Positions 27,719-38,212 of a DNA stretch of 45,206 nucleotides are shown piece by piece. A program made the position numbers and the translations under genes. This DNA is from an uncultured Clostridia bacterium (lineage in GTDB: Bacteria; Bacillota; Clostridia; TANB77; CAG-508): NCBI GenBank assembly GCA_949077355.1, contig CARUQW010000002.1, positions 1-45,206 of the forward strand, read 5' to 3'. Each line of letters opens with the position of its first letter. Position 1 is the first letter of the stretch. The notes below the pieces were generated by a model, which searched no databases, was not told where the DNA came from, and worked only from the letters and a program-made list of their open reading frames with translations.

Positions 27719-30700
27719 TTATTTCACTACTTCCACATCAATATTTAAAGTTTCACCATTAATATTAGTTTCTGTATAAGAATCTTTTTCTTTGTTGTAC
27801 ATTACTTCAACAGCTAAAGTATCATGCTTGATTAATTCTTCATTTTTGCGGATAACTGCTTCTAACATTTCATTTCCAGCAACATAAAGTTTAATCTTAT
27901 CTAATACTTCAAAGCCTTTGTCTTTTCTCATATTTTGAACCTTAGACAAAATTTCTCTGACATATCCTTCTTCTTTCAATTCTGGTGAAATATGAGTATC
28001 TAACACAACACCAATTTCTCCCTCGCCACTGAAAGCAAATCCTTCTTTTCCTTGCATTGTGATAAGCAAATTATCTGCATTTAAAGCAATTTGTGTTTCC
28101 TCTATTTCGATGTATTCAATACCACCATTTTTTACGGTATTAGCTAAATCCATTTGATTTTTTTCACTAATTGCTTGTTTAATTCTTGGAATTAATTTTC
28201 CATATTCTTTTCCTAATACAGGTAAATTTGGTTTAATTTCAAAATTAACATAGTCTGACATTTCTGCTCCTAAGTCAATTTCTTTTACATTTAATTCTTC
28301 TTTTACAATGTCTGCATAGTATGCTGGTAAAGTATCAATTGAGATTAACATTTTAGATAATGGTTGTCTATTTTTAATGTTAGCTACATTTCTTGCTCCA
28401 CGACCAAGTTTTACAATTTTGTAAGCTAAATCCATTTCCATTTCTAAGTCTTTGTTGATTTCATTTTCATTTACTTCTGGCCATAGGCATAAATGAACAC
28501 TTTCAGGAGCTTGGTCATCTAATCCTACTACTAAATTTTGATAAATCTCATCTGCCATAAATGGTACAAATGGTGCCGCTACCTTTATCAAAGTTGTTAA
28601 AACACGATACAATGTGCAATAAGCTCCAATTTTTTCGTCATTTAATTCAGTTAACCAGAATCTTTCCCTGTTTCTGCGTACATACCAATTAGAAAGTTCG
28701 TCTGTGAAACTTTCAATTAATAATGCTGCATTGGTAATATCATAATGTTCTAATTTTTCATCTACTTCCTTTATCAATGTGTTTAGTTTTGAAATAATCC
28801 ATTTATCCATAATATTGTTTGTTTCAAAATTAGCATATTTTAATGGATTGAATTGGTCAATTTCAGCATATAACACATAGAAAGAATACACATTCCATAA
28901 AGTACTTAAAAATCCTCTTTGGGTTTCTTGTACATTATTTAATCCCAATCTTGTTGGAAGCCAAGGTGCACTTACTGTATAAAAATGCCATCTAGTTGCA
29001 TCTGCTCCTACGGTATCTAATAGTTTCATTGGGTCTACACCATTTCCTTTGGATTTAGACATTTTTTGTCCTTTTTCGTCTAATACATGACCTAATACAA
29101 TACAGTTTTCAAATGGTGTTCTACCAAATAACGCTGTTCCAATTGCTGTTAAGGTATAGAACCATCCTCTTGTTTGGTCAACTGCTTCTGAAATAAATCC
29201 TGCTGGGAAGTTGTTGTCAAACATTTCTTTATTTTCAAATGGATAGTGCCATTGTGCAAAAGGCATTGAACCAGAGTCAAACCAACAGTCAATTACTTCT
29301 TTTGCTCGGTGCATTTTTTTACCACATTTCGGACATTTTAAATCTACATTATCAATATATGGTTTGTGTAATTCGATATCTTCTGGTACATCAATTCCCT
29401 TTTCTTTTAATTGTTCAATAGAACCAATACATTCTTGGTGATGACAATTTTCATCTTCGCAAGTCCATACTGGTAATGGTGTTCCCCAATATCTGTCTCT
29501 TGAAATTCCCCAGTCAATTACATTTTCCAAGAATTTTCCAAATCTTCCTGTTCGAATGGTGTCTGGATACCAATTTACTTTATTATTGTTTGCTACCAAT
29601 TCATCTCTTAATTTACTCATAGCAACAAACCAGCTTTCTTTTGGATAATAAAGAAGTGGTGTGTCACATCTCCAACAATGTGGATAAGAGTGTAGATGTT
29701 TTTCTTTGCTAAATAATTTATTTTCTTCTTTTAACCATTTACAAATATCTTCATTGCAATCTCTTACAAATCTTCCAGCCCAAGGTTCTACTTCTTTTAC
29801 AAAGTTTCCTGCTTTATCTACTAAATTGATAAAAGTAATTCCATTTTGTTTTGACACAAGACTATCATCTTCACCATAAGCAGGTGCAATATGAACAATT
29901 CCTGTACCATCATCAAGATTAACATAGTCACCATGAATTACTTCAAAAGCTTTTCCTTCCACTTCACCCCATGGCATTAATCTTTCATATTTCGTTCCTA
30001 ATAATTCTTCTCCTTTAAAAGTTTTAATCACTTCATAAGGTGTTTCTTTTAGGACTGTTTCCATTAAATCTTTTGCTAAAATGTAAGTTTCATATTGTGG
30101 TTCCTCATCTATTCCAATATTAGCCTTTATTTCTGCATATTCATAAGATTTATTTACACAAAGTGCCAAATTTGATGGCAATGTCCATGGTGTTGTTGTC
30201 CAGGCTAAAATATATTTATCTTCATTTACTACTTTGAATTTAGCAATACAAGTTAAATCTTTTACATCTTTATAACCTTGTGCTACTTCATGAGAAGATA
30301 ATGCTGTTCCACATCTTGGGCAATATGGCATAACTTTATGACCTTCATACAAAAGACCTTTATCCCACATTTGTTTTAAAGCCCACCATACAGACTCAAT
30401 GTACTCATTATGATAAGTAACATATGGATTTTCCATATCCACCCAGTATCCTACTTTATTGGTCATTTCTTCCCACATAGAAACATAAGTAAATACACTT
30501 TCTTTACATTCTTTTACAAACTTTTCTACGCCATATTCCTCAATCTGTTCTTTCCCTGAAATACCTAATTTCTTCTCAATTTCAAGTTCCACTGGAAGTC
30601 CATGTGTATCCCATCCAGCTTTACGAATTACTTTGTAGCCTTTCATAACCTTATATCTTGGAATAATATCTTTCATAACCCTTGTTTCAATATGACCAAC

Positions 30701-30865
30701 ATGAGGTTTTCCATTTGCTGTTGGTGGTCCATCATAGAAAGTAAAATATCTTTTTCCTTCATTCATAGCAAAATTCTTTTTAATGATATCTTTTTTCTTC
30801 CAATTTTCAGCAACTTCTTGTTCCATCCCTACGAAACCATTTTTCAATTCTACTTTTTTGTACAT
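27719..30865 (-). CDS. ileS: Isoleucine-tRNA ligase (type 2)
   Basis: 1048 aa, with HVGH (HIGH-type) and KMSKSKGN motifs. Preceded by an Ile T-box. No in-frame CGG. Confidence 0.97.
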   Translation of the reverse strand: MYKKVELKNGFVGMEQEVAENWKKKDIIKKNFAMNEGKRYFTFYDGPPTANGKPHVGHIETRVMKDIIPRYKVMKGYKVIRKAGWDTHGLPVELEIEKKLGISGKEQIEEYGVEKFVKECKESVFTYVSMWEEMTNKVGYWVDMENPYVTYHNEYIESVWWALKQMWDKGLLYEGHKVMPYCPRCGTALSSHEVAQGYKDVKDLTCIAKFKVVNEDKYILAWTTTPWTLPSNLALCVNKSYEYAEIKANIGIDEEPQYETYILAKDLMETVLKETPYEVIKTFKGEELLGTKYERLMPWGEVEGKAFEVIHGDYVNLDDGTGIVHIAPAYGEDDSLVSKQNGITFINLVDKAGNFVKEVEPWAGRFVRDCNEDICKWLKEENKLFSKEKHLHSYPHCWRCDTPLLYYPKESWFVAMSKLRDELVANNNKVNWYPDTIRTGRFGKFLENVIDWGISRDRYWGTPLPVWTCEDENCHHQECIGSIEQLKEKGIDVPEDIELHKPYIDNVDLKCPKCGKKMHRAKEVIDCWFDSGSMPFAQWHYPFENKEMFDNNFPAGFISEAVDQTRGWFYTLTAIGTALFGRTPFENCIVLGHVLDEKGQKMSKSKGNGVDPMKLLDTVGADATRWHFYTVSAPWLPTRLGLNNVQETQRGFLSTLWNVYSFYVLYAEIDQFNPLKYANFETNNIMDKWIISKLNTLIKEVDEKLEHYDITNAALLIESFTDELSNWYVRRNRERFWLTELNDEKIGAYCTLYRVLTTLIKVAAPFVPFMADEIYQNLVVGLDDQAPESVHLCLWPEVNENEINKDLEMEMDLAYKIVKLGRGARNVANIKNRQPLSKMLISIDTLPAYYADIVKEELNVKEIDLGAEMSDYVNFEIKPNLPVLGKEYGKLIPRIKQAISEKNQMDLANTVKNGGIEYIEIEETQIALNADNLLITMQGKEGFAFSGEGEIGVVLDTHISPELKEEGYVREILSKVQNMRKDKGFEVLDKIKLYVAGNEMLEAVIRKNEELIKHDTLAVEVMYNKEKDSYTETNINGETLNIDVEVVK

Positions 30866-30893
30866 TTTCTCTCCTCCTATTCATGATTTTTAT

Positions 30894-31139
30894 TTATTTG
30901 TTTAAACTTTCAATTTCTTGTAACTCAAATCTATATTTTTGTTCTACGCTTGGATATTTTTCGTGGTCTACTTCTGATAGAAACATATCATAAGGCCTAG
31001 CATATAATTCGTTGTTTCCATATAGTCCTCGATAGATAACTAATTTTTCTCTTGTTTCACTAAATGTGGCCACATTTTCTACTATGTAATAGTCTCCTTT
31101 AAAGTGTTTGTAAACTCCATTAATTTTTAGTTCTCTCAT
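30894..31139 (-). CDS. DUF1653-like small protein
   Basis: 81 aa with YKHFKGDYY ... RPYDMF motifs remembered from DUF1653. Confidence 0.6.
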   Translation of the reverse strand: MRELKINGVYKHFKGDYYIVENVATFSETREKLVIYRGLYGNNELYARPYDMFLSEVDHEKYPSVEQKYRFELQEIESLNK

Positions 31140-31184
31140 TTTTCTTTCCTCTCTTTCTTCTTTTTTCCTTCTTACTTACCTTAT

Positions 31185-31309
31185 AAAACAAATCAAAATT
31201 AGTATATTGTGCATATTTTATAAATTAAGCAGGGTGATGGCGTACGTTGGTACGTCGAAGTCTGATTAATTTATAAAATATGTGCAAGATGCTGATTTTC
31301 ATTTGTTTT
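31185..31309. repeat. 125-nt imperfect hairpin inside the ileS leader region
   Basis: Arms of about 49 nt (AAAACAAATCAAAATTAGTATATTGTGCATATTTTATAAATTAAGCAGG versus its imperfect reverse complement). Five of eight mismatches are G-U pairs if read on the plus strand. Confidence 0.75.
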
Positions 31310-31318
31310 AACAAATAA

Positions 31319-31584
31319 AGCTATTTCAATCCCAACTAATTAATTAGGACGAAATAGCTCTTCATTCCGCGGTACCACCTATTTTAGTAAATTTCTTTAC
31401 TCTCCTCATTTTCCTTTAACGCAGGATTATACGGTTAAACTTAGTTTTTAAATTTCAGTCTAACAGCAAACTAAGGTGATAATAAATAATTTTTACTTAC
31501 CAAATTTTCAGCTTCCTTTGGCTCTCTTAAAAGATATTATATTATTTATCTTGTCCTTACTATCGCTTTTCTCTTTTATTATTG
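31319..31584 (-). promoter_or_regulatory. T-box riboswitch, Ile specifier (AUC)
   Basis: On the minus strand: AGAGAGCC/GGAAGCUGAAAA stem I elements, specifier loop UUAUCA, T-box sequence AAUAGGUGGUACCGCGG, and terminator GCUAUUUC ... GAAAUAGC plus a U-tract. Promoter TTGCAA ... TGGTATAAT at 31591-31618. Confidence 0.85.
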
Positions 31585-31724
31585 TATAATATTATACCAT
31601 GTTTTTAAATTTTTGCAAGGCTTTTTTTCAAAAAAGATAAGACTTCTTTGTTTATTGAAATCTTATCTTTCTATTACTATATCTATTACTTCATTTTTTA
31701 CTATATTCATTATTTCACTTCTTA

Positions 31725-32246
31725 CTATACAGCTGTATATTCTCCCATATCAAAATCTTGTTTCCATTTTTCTAAATAATTCAGTCTTGAATTATGGAAA
31801 TCAAGTCTTTTATTATGTGCATACAACAACTTTTTAAATTCTTCATGTTCTAAATCATTGATTCTTTGTTGTGCAAAAATTTTTTCAAACTTAGAATCCA
31901 TATACTCTCTCATTTCTGTGAATTGATTACTAATACTTTTTTGCATGGTGTCTAATACAACTAAAATATCTCTTCTGTCTTTTACTCTACCATCTTCTAA
32001 AGCACTTACTCTTTCGTTAGTATTATCAATTCTTTGGTTTATTTCTTCTAGCTTTTTATCATTATTTTGCCAACGTTTTTCGTTTTCTTGCCAACGTTTT
32101 TCATTTTGCTCCCATCTTTTGTCATTTTCTTCCCAACGTCTTTCATTTTGCTCCCATTTTTTGTCGTTTTCATCCCAACGTCTATCATTTTCAGCTCTAA
32201 ATTCACGTAGTTCCTTTAAAATCAAACTTGCAGTTGCTGTTTCCAT
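31725..32246 (-). CDS. Coiled-coil protein with Trp-containing heptad repeats
   Basis: ATG 32246 with RBS AGAGGTGG. Carries 6-7 tandem heptads (RRWDEND KKWEQNE RRWEEND KRWEQNE KRWQENE KRWQNND), encoded by 21-bp DNA repeats at about 32048-32192. Confidence 0.6.
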   Translation of the reverse strand: METATASLILKELREFRAENDRRWDENDKKWEQNERRWEENDKRWEQNEKRWQENEKRWQNNDKKLEEINQRIDNTNERVSALEDGRVKDRRDILVVLDTMQKSISNQFTEMREYMDSKFEKIFAQQRINDLEHEEFKKLLYAHNKRLDFHNSRLNYLEKWKQDFDMGEYTAV

Positions 32247-32401
32247 TCTATCACCACCTCTCTTTTTAAAAATAATCAAGCTACATTTTAGATTTATACG
32301 TAAAATTCACCTAAAATATATCTTGATTAATATTTAACCATAAGTTCTATCGTTTGTCAACACTAAAGCAGAAAAAAATACTTTTTTCTGCTTTCTATTT
32401 A

Positions 32402-33568
32402 TTATTTTACTAATCTTTCTGTTTCTTTTGCAATCATCAACTCTTCATTCGTTGGAATTACATACAATTTCACTTTAGACTCTGGCTTTGAAATTACCTT
32501 TTCTTCACTTCTAATATTATTAGCCTCTACATCAATCTCTACACCCATAAATTTTAATTGCTCACAAATTCCTTTTCTAATGTTAATTTGATTTTCACCA
32601 ATTCCTCCTGTAAAAATAATATAATCCACACCATTCATAGCTACTGCATATTTAGCAATATAACTTGCAATCGCATATTTAAAACTATCTAATGCAATTT
32701 TTGCTCTCTCATTTCCTTCATTTCCTGCTGTTTCAATCTCTCTAAAATCTGGTACCAATCCTGAAATAGCTTGCACACCTGATTGTTTATTTAAAACAGA
32801 TTCCATTTCTTCTGCTGACAAATTTTCTTTTTTCATTAAATATAAAAGAATGGATGGATCTAAATCTCCACATCGTGTTACCATTGGAATTCCACCTAAT
32901 GGTGTTAATCCCATACTAGTGTCTACTGATTTCCCTCCTTCAATAGCACAAATACTAGCCCCTTGTCCTAAGTGACAAGTTACAATCTTCATATCTTCAA
33001 TTGGTTTCTTTTCTATTTCTGCTAATCTTTGGGAAACAAACATATGTGATGTTCCATGAAATCCATATTTTCTGACTCCATATTTTTCATAATATTCATA
33101 TGGGATTGGATAAATATATCTTTCTTTTGAAATGGATTGATGAAAAGCCGTATCAAATACACCTACCATTGGTTTGTTAGGCATTACATTCTTACAAGCT
33201 TCAATTCCTAAAATACAAGCAGGATTATGTAATGGTGCTAAATCTGTACATTCTTTTAGCACTTCAATAACTTTCTCATCAATTACAACTGATTCTGCAA
33301 TTTTCTCTCCTCCATGTACTAAACGATGTCCAATTGCTTCTATTTCATCTAAACTATCAATCACTTTATATTCTGGATTCGTTAATTGTTTTAATGCAAA
33401 TTCAATCGCTTCTGTATGATTGTACGCTGGATTTTCAATTTGCTTTTTCTGTCCTTGTGCTTTGTGGGTAATAAAAGCTTCTTTTTCTCCTAATACTTCC
33501 TCTGTTTCCATATCAATTAATTGATATTTTAATGATGAACTTCCACAGTTTAATACTAATATTTTCAT
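32402..33568 (-). CDS. ackA: Acetate kinase paralog 2 (short N-terminal variant)
   Basis: 388 aa starting MKILVLNCGSSSLKYQ, with the full ASKHA fold motifs. Lacks about 8 residues near positions 27-40 relative to the upstream paralog. Confidence 0.85.
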   Translation of the reverse strand: MKILVLNCGSSSLKYQLIDMETEEVLGEKEAFITHKAQGQKKQIENPAYNHTEAIEFALKQLTNPEYKVIDSLDEIEAIGHRLVHGGEKIAESVVIDEKVIEVLKECTDLAPLHNPACILGIEACKNVMPNKPMVGVFDTAFHQSISKERYIYPIPYEYYEKYGVRKYGFHGTSHMFVSQRLAEIEKKPIEDMKIVTCHLGQGASICAIEGGKSVDTSMGLTPLGGIPMVTRCGDLDPSILLYLMKKENLSAEEMESVLNKQSGVQAISGLVPDFREIETAGNEGNERAKIALDSFKYAIASYIAKYAVAMNGVDYIIFTGGIGENQINIRKGICEQLKFMGVEIDVEANNIRSEEKVISKPESKVKLYVIPTNEELMIAKETERLVK

Positions 33569-33625
33569 TTTTAAATCTTCCTTTCTTTTTAGTTGCCATT
33601 TAAATCCGGAACTGTTGGCAACTTT

Positions 33626-34816
33626 TTATTTTACTAATTTTAAAGTTTCTCTTGCTATCATCAATTCTTCATTGGTTGGAATGGTATAAATTTTCACTCT
33701 TGAGTCTGAAGCTGATAATTCTGCTTCTTCTCCTCTTATTTGATTTTTTTCTTCATCCATTTTAACTCCTAAAAATTCTAGTTGCTGGCAAATTGCATTT
33801 CGTGATATAGGTCCTTTTTCTCCTACTCCAGCCGTGAAAGTCAATACATCTATACCACCCATTGCTACGGCACATCTTGCTACATAACAAGCTACTAAAT
33901 AATGATATACATCCAAAGATAATTGTGCTTGTTTTCCCCCTGATAAGGCTTCTGTTTCAATATCTCTAAAATCTACTGACACACCTGATATTCCATAAAC
34001 TCCTGATTCTTTGTTTAAAATAAAATTCATGTCATCTGCTGATAAGTTTTCTTTTTGCATTAAATAAGTAAGGATGGATGGATCTAAATCACCACTTCTA
34101 GTTCCCATAGGAATTCCACCCAATGGTGTTAATCCCATACTCGTTTCTACAGATTTTCCATCTTTAATGGCACACACACTACATCCTTGCCCCAAATGAC
34201 AATTTACTATTTTTAAGTCTTTGCTATCTTTTCCCATGATTTCAGCAACTCTATGAGAAACATATTGATGTGATGTTCCATGAAATCCATATTTTCTAAT
34301 AGCATATTTTTCATAATACTTATAAGGAATGGGATACATATATTTTTCCTTTGCTATGGTTTGATGAAAGGCAGTATCAAATACTGCTACCATTTTCATA
34401 TTAGGCACTATTTTTTTGCAAGCCTCAATTCCTAAAATACATGCTGGATTATGTAATGGTGCCAAGTCAGAACATTTTTTTATTTCTTCAATCACTTCAT
34501 TTGTTATGATAACAGAATCACTAAATTTTTCTCCGCCGTGTACCACTCTATGACCAATTCCTGCTAATTCTCCTAAGTCTTTTAATACACCATAGTTTTC
34601 ATTGGTTAACCTATTTAAGACAAAATCAATTGCCTTTTCATGGTTTTTAGCTGGATGCTCAAATTTATGTGCTACTCCATTTACTTTGTGTGTTAGAAAA
34701 GAATTTGGTTGTCCAATTCTCTCAAAATATCCTTTTGCTAACATTTCTTCTGTTTCCATATCAATTAATTGATATTTTAATGATGAACTTCCTGAATTTA
34801 GAACTAAAATTTTCAT
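33626..34816 (-). CDS. ackA: Acetate kinase paralog 1
   Basis: 396 aa from ATG 34816 (RBS AAAGGAGGAA), starting MKILVLNSGSSSLKYQ. Confidence 0.9.
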   Translation of the reverse strand: MKILVLNSGSSSLKYQLIDMETEEMLAKGYFERIGQPNSFLTHKVNGVAHKFEHPAKNHEKAIDFVLNRLTNENYGVLKDLGELAGIGHRVVHGGEKFSDSVIITNEVIEEIKKCSDLAPLHNPACILGIEACKKIVPNMKMVAVFDTAFHQTIAKEKYMYPIPYKYYEKYAIRKYGFHGTSHQYVSHRVAEIMGKDSKDLKIVNCHLGQGCSVCAIKDGKSVETSMGLTPLGGIPMGTRSGDLDPSILTYLMQKENLSADDMNFILNKESGVYGISGVSVDFRDIETEALSGGKQAQLSLDVYHYLVACYVARCAVAMGGIDVLTFTAGVGEKGPISRNAICQQLEFLGVKMDEEKNQIRGEEAELSASDSRVKIYTIPTNEELMIARETLKLVK

Positions 34817-34835
34817 ACAAGTTCCTCCTTTTTCA

Positions 34836-35834
34836 TTAATTTTTCTGAGCTTGTACAGCAGTAATTGCAACAACTCCCGCTATATCTTGGCTACTACATC
34901 CTCTCGACAAATCATTCACTGGTTTAGCAATTCCTTGGCAAAGTGGTCCATAAGCTTCTGCCTTTGCTAGTCTTTGAACCAACTTATATGCAATGTTTCC
35001 TGTATCTAAATTAGGGAATACTAATACATTAGCTTCACCTTTTAATGGACTATTTGGGGCTTTCAATTTTGCCACTTCTGGTACAATTGCACTATCTAAT
35101 TGTAGCTCTCCATCTACTAAAATTCCTTGTTCTTTTTGTTTTACCAGATTAGTTGCTTCTATTACTTTCTCCGTTAACTCAGATTTTGCACTTCCATATG
35201 TTGAATAAGAAAGCATTGCAACTTTTGGTTCTTTTTCTACCAATTGTCTAAAACTTTTACTAGAAGAAATTGCTATTTCTGACAAACTCTCTGCGTCTGG
35301 ATTCTCATTTAGCCCACTATCTGCAAAAATAAAAGTTCCGTTTTCTCCATAATTACAATCTGGAACAACCATAACAAAAAAAGCGGAAACTAATTTTGTA
35401 TCTGGTGCTGTTTTTAATATTTGTAAAGCTGGTCTTAAGGTATCTGATGTTGAATGAGCAGCTCCTGAAACAAGTCCATCTGCTTTTTCATCTTTTACCA
35501 TTAACATTCCATAATAAACTGGGTCTTTCACTAATTCTCTTGCTTTTTCTATTGTCATTCCTTTGTGTTTTCTCAATTCATACAATAAATTGGTATATTC
35601 TTCAAAATTTTGAGCCGTATTAGGGTCTATAATTTTAGCTCCTTTGATTTCTAAATTATGTTCCTTGGCTTTTCTTTCTATTTTTTCTTGATTTCCTACT
35701 AATACAATATTCGCATATTGTTCTTTTAATACTTGTTCTGTTGCCTCTAAAATTCTAATATCTTCGGCTTCTGGAAGAACAATTGTCTTAATTTCTTTTT
35801 TGGCCTTTTGTTTTATTTCTTCTATAAATGTCAT
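34836..35834 (-). CDS. pta: Phosphate acetyltransferase
   Basis: 332 aa, typical short Pta (IVLPEAEDIRILEA ... SRGCS). Confidence 0.9.
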   Translation of the reverse strand: MTFIEEIKQKAKKEIKTIVLPEAEDIRILEATEQVLKEQYANIVLVGNQEKIERKAKEHNLEIKGAKIIDPNTAQNFEEYTNLLYELRKHKGMTIEKARELVKDPVYYGMLMVKDEKADGLVSGAAHSTSDTLRPALQILKTAPDTKLVSAFFVMVVPDCNYGENGTFIFADSGLNENPDAESLSEIAISSSKSFRQLVEKEPKVAMLSYSTYGSAKSELTEKVIEATNLVKQKEQGILVDGELQLDSAIVPEVAKLKAPNSPLKGEANVLVFPNLDTGNIAYKLVQRLAKAEAYGPLCQGIAKPVNDLSRGCSSQDIAGVVAITAVQAQKN

Positions 35835-35906
35835 TTTCTTTCTCCTTTTTTATTTTGTATCCTCATTATATAAAGAAGTTCAAAAAAGTACAAGTATTTT
35901 TCTGAT

Positions 35907-36419
35907 TTAACTCATTAATTTTTTTATCTCTTCCTTTTCTCGCAATCGCCAAGATAAAAAATGATAAGCTGATTTATCTTGTTGTATTGCAATTTTTGCA
36001 ATTTCTTCCTCATCGCGTAATCGATCACTAGCATATTTAATAATACTACCTTTATTGCTAACAGCCGCTTTTACCACTTCTTCGTCATCTCTTAGCTCTT
36101 CTGCTGCATAATATAAAGCTTGTCCATAATTTTTACAACTTTCTAATACCAACTGTTTGTCTGCTCTTAGCCTTTCAGAAGCATAGCAAATTGTCCAAGG
36201 TGCTCCTTTGATTCCCATTGCTACCACTTCTTCTTCATCTTTTAATCGTTCACTTACAAATTCTAAGGCTTCACTATCTTGTTCTAGAGCAGCTTTGACT
36301 ACTTCCTTATCATCTTTTAAAGATTCTGCTACTAAGTCTAAAAATTTACCATTTTCCTTTACTGCCTCTAATACAAATTCTTTATCATCATTCCTATTAA
36401 TTACTTCTTTTGCCTCCAT
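35907..36419 (-). CDS. DUF4116 repeat protein
   Basis: Repeated motif of about 30 aa (E.V..AV..NG.AL.YAS..LR.DEE). Confidence 0.55.
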   Translation of the reverse strand: MEAKEVINRNDDKEFVLEAVKENGKFLDLVAESLKDDKEVVKAALEQDSEALEFVSERLKDEEEVVAMGIKGAPWTICYASERLRADKQLVLESCKNYGQALYYAAEELRDDEEVVKAAVSNKGSIIKYASDRLRDEEEIAKIAIQQDKSAYHFLSWRLREKEEIKKLMS

Positions 36420-36435
36420 TTTTATTCCTCTCTTG

Positions 36436-37110
36436 CTATTTTCTCATTTTAGCAATACATGCTTTTATTTTAATTCCTTGCTCTGAAAACATTTTTTCAT
36501 GTTCAGTTTCAATATTTTTTTCAAAAATTGGTTCTTCATGTAAATTATGTGTTTGTTTTATAATTTCAAAGCCACTTTCTTCAAAATAAATTAGACTTGA
36601 TTCAAATAATTCATCATCATCTGTTTTAAAATAAATTTCTCCTTCTTCTTTTAGGAATTTTTTATATTTTCCTAGTTGAATGGAATGGGTTAATCTCTTT
36701 TTTCTATGCTTTCCTCTTGGCCATGGATTGCAAAAATTGATATAAATTCTTTCAATCTCATCTTGTTGTTCTAAAATTAAAAAGATTCTTTCAATATCAA
36801 ATCTTGTAATTAAAATATTTTTAGGCTCTATCTTTGCTTCTTGATAAGCTTGTTCAATATTTCTTTTGGCTAATCCTAGCATAGCATCTACTAAATCAAT
36901 CGCAATATAATTTACATTTTGATTTTCTACTGCTAATTTTGCCATAAATTGTCCTTTTCCACATCCTAGTTCTAAGTGTAATGGTTGCTTTGGATTTTCA
37001 AATTCTTCTTTCCATTTTCCTTTTAATTTTTCTGGTTCATCTCTATAAAATTTACTTGCTTCTAATTCTGGTCGCGCCCATTTTTTGTATCGAATTCTCA
37101 TCTTTTTCAT
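36436..37110 (-). CDS. trmB: tRNA (guanine-N7)-methyltransferase
   Basis: HLELGCGKGQF SAM motif and NFCNPWP. The start is ambiguous between ATG 37110 and ATG 37101. Confidence 0.85.
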   Translation of the reverse strand: MKKMRIRYKKWARPELEASKFYRDEPEKLKGKWKEEFENPKQPLHLELGCGKGQFMAKLAVENQNVNYIAIDLVDAMLGLAKRNIEQAYQEAKIEPKNILITRFDIERIFLILEQQDEIERIYINFCNPWPRGKHRKKRLTHSIQLGKYKKFLKEEGEIYFKTDDDELFESSLIYFEESGFEIIKQTHNLHEEPIFEKNIETEHEKMFSEQGIKIKACIAKMRK

Positions 37111-37184
37111 TCCTTTCCTTTTTGCTTTTTTATTATACTGGATTTCATTACTTTTTTCAAGATTTACAGAAAAATAGAATTTGA

Positions 37185-37218
37185 AAAACCCCCCTAATTT
37201 ATTCAAATTAGGGGGGTT
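37185..37218 (-). terminator. Terminator after the 37232 gene
   Basis: Stem CCCCCCTAATTT / AAATTAGGGGGG followed by TTTTTC on the minus strand. Confidence 0.75.
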
Positions 37219-37231
37219 AAAAATGCTATAA

Positions 37232-38212
37232 CTATGGAATTTCTACATAATTGTAAAAATCTTTGAAATTTACTCTATCGAAGTTTCCGTCATTGTTTTC
37301 ACGATAAACTTGAATATTTACTCTTCCTTCGTATCGATATTTAGAATTCTGGCAAATGAGGTCTTCTATGCTATAATAGGTATCCCAAAAATCTCTCTTG
37401 TCTAATTTTTTTTGCATTTTATCTCCCACTTCAGAATTACTTTCGAAAAATACTTCTTTTATTACAGTTTCTTTCGGATAAGCTACGTAAATATCCTCTC
37501 TAATTAACTGCATAGCATTATTCTCAAAAGTAATATAAATATCGCCAGCAATATCGTTTACTCCAGTTAATCTGGTCACAACATTTACCTCCTGCACATG
37601 AGAACTTTCTAAGAATTCTTCTACCTGTTTTTGGCTTGTTTCTTTTTCTTCTTGTGTTGTTGGATATGAACCGTCATTTGCTGTAATTAACAAGAATTCC
37701 TTAAATAATTTTCCTTCTGTTGTGGTCAATTCTGGATAAAATATTTTGCTTTCTTTTCCTACTAGCTGATTCCATTTTTCATTTTCTTTTACAGCATTCA
37801 TTAACTTTTTAAAGTTAATTTCTATCTTATCCTTTCTATTCATTTTTATTTTTTCGGAAGAAGTTAACAATCCATTTTCTATATAATTGTTAACTCGTTT
37901 TTCGTCTTTCTTCATAATTAGAATTAATGGTGTTTTTCCCATTACTTCATAATTATTAGATGAAATCTCATCTGAATCTGTTGTAATGATAAAACTATCT
38001 TCTCTTCCTTTTTTATTAGAAACTTTTAAAGAATATCCCGTCATTTGAGCATTGAAGTTTTTTTCTATCTCTTCATTATTCTCTTTAAATTCTGAAGAAA
38101 TATAAGCCGTTGTCTGCTGCAATGGTTTGTTTCGATTATTTTCTTTTATCGTAAATACAATACTAACAATAAAAACTATCAGCCATATCAAAATCCGTTT
38201 TCCTGTTTTCAT
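37232..38212 (-). CDS. Hypothetical membrane-anchored protein (island gene)
   Basis: 326 aa. ATG 38212 has a strong AAGGAGGA RBS and an N-terminal signal anchor. Codon 6 is an in-frame CGG (38195-38197) read as Arg. Confidence 0.55.
   Translation of the reverse strand: MKTGKRILIWLIVFIVSIVFTIKENNRNKPLQQTTAYISSEFKENNEEIEKNFNAQMTGYSLKVSNKKGREDSFIITTDSDEISSNNYEVMGKTPLILIMKKDEKRVNNYIENGLLTSSEKIKMNRKDKIEINFKKLMNAVKENEKWNQLVGKESKIFYPELTTTEGKLFKEFLLITANDGSYPTTQEEKETSQKQVEEFLESSHVQEVNVVTRLTGVNDIAGDIYITFENNAMQLIREDIYVAYPKETVIKEVFFESNSEVGDKMQKKLDKRDFWDTYYSIEDLICQNSKYRYEGRVNIQVYRENNDGNFDRVNFKDFYNYVEIP

Noticed and set aside
32048-32192. Regular 21-bp periodic repeats that could suggest a CRISPR-like or noncoding tandem array.
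   Set aside because: The repeats are contiguous without spacers. They are in frame within an ORF and encode heptad repeats.
33569-34873. Second ackA copy as an assembly duplication, and the extended 415-aa ackA ORF start.
   Set aside because: The copies differ at many positions throughout. The upstream extension (MLQLLLYKLRK...) overlaps pta and lacks an RBS, whereas ATG 34816 has AAAGGAGGAA.
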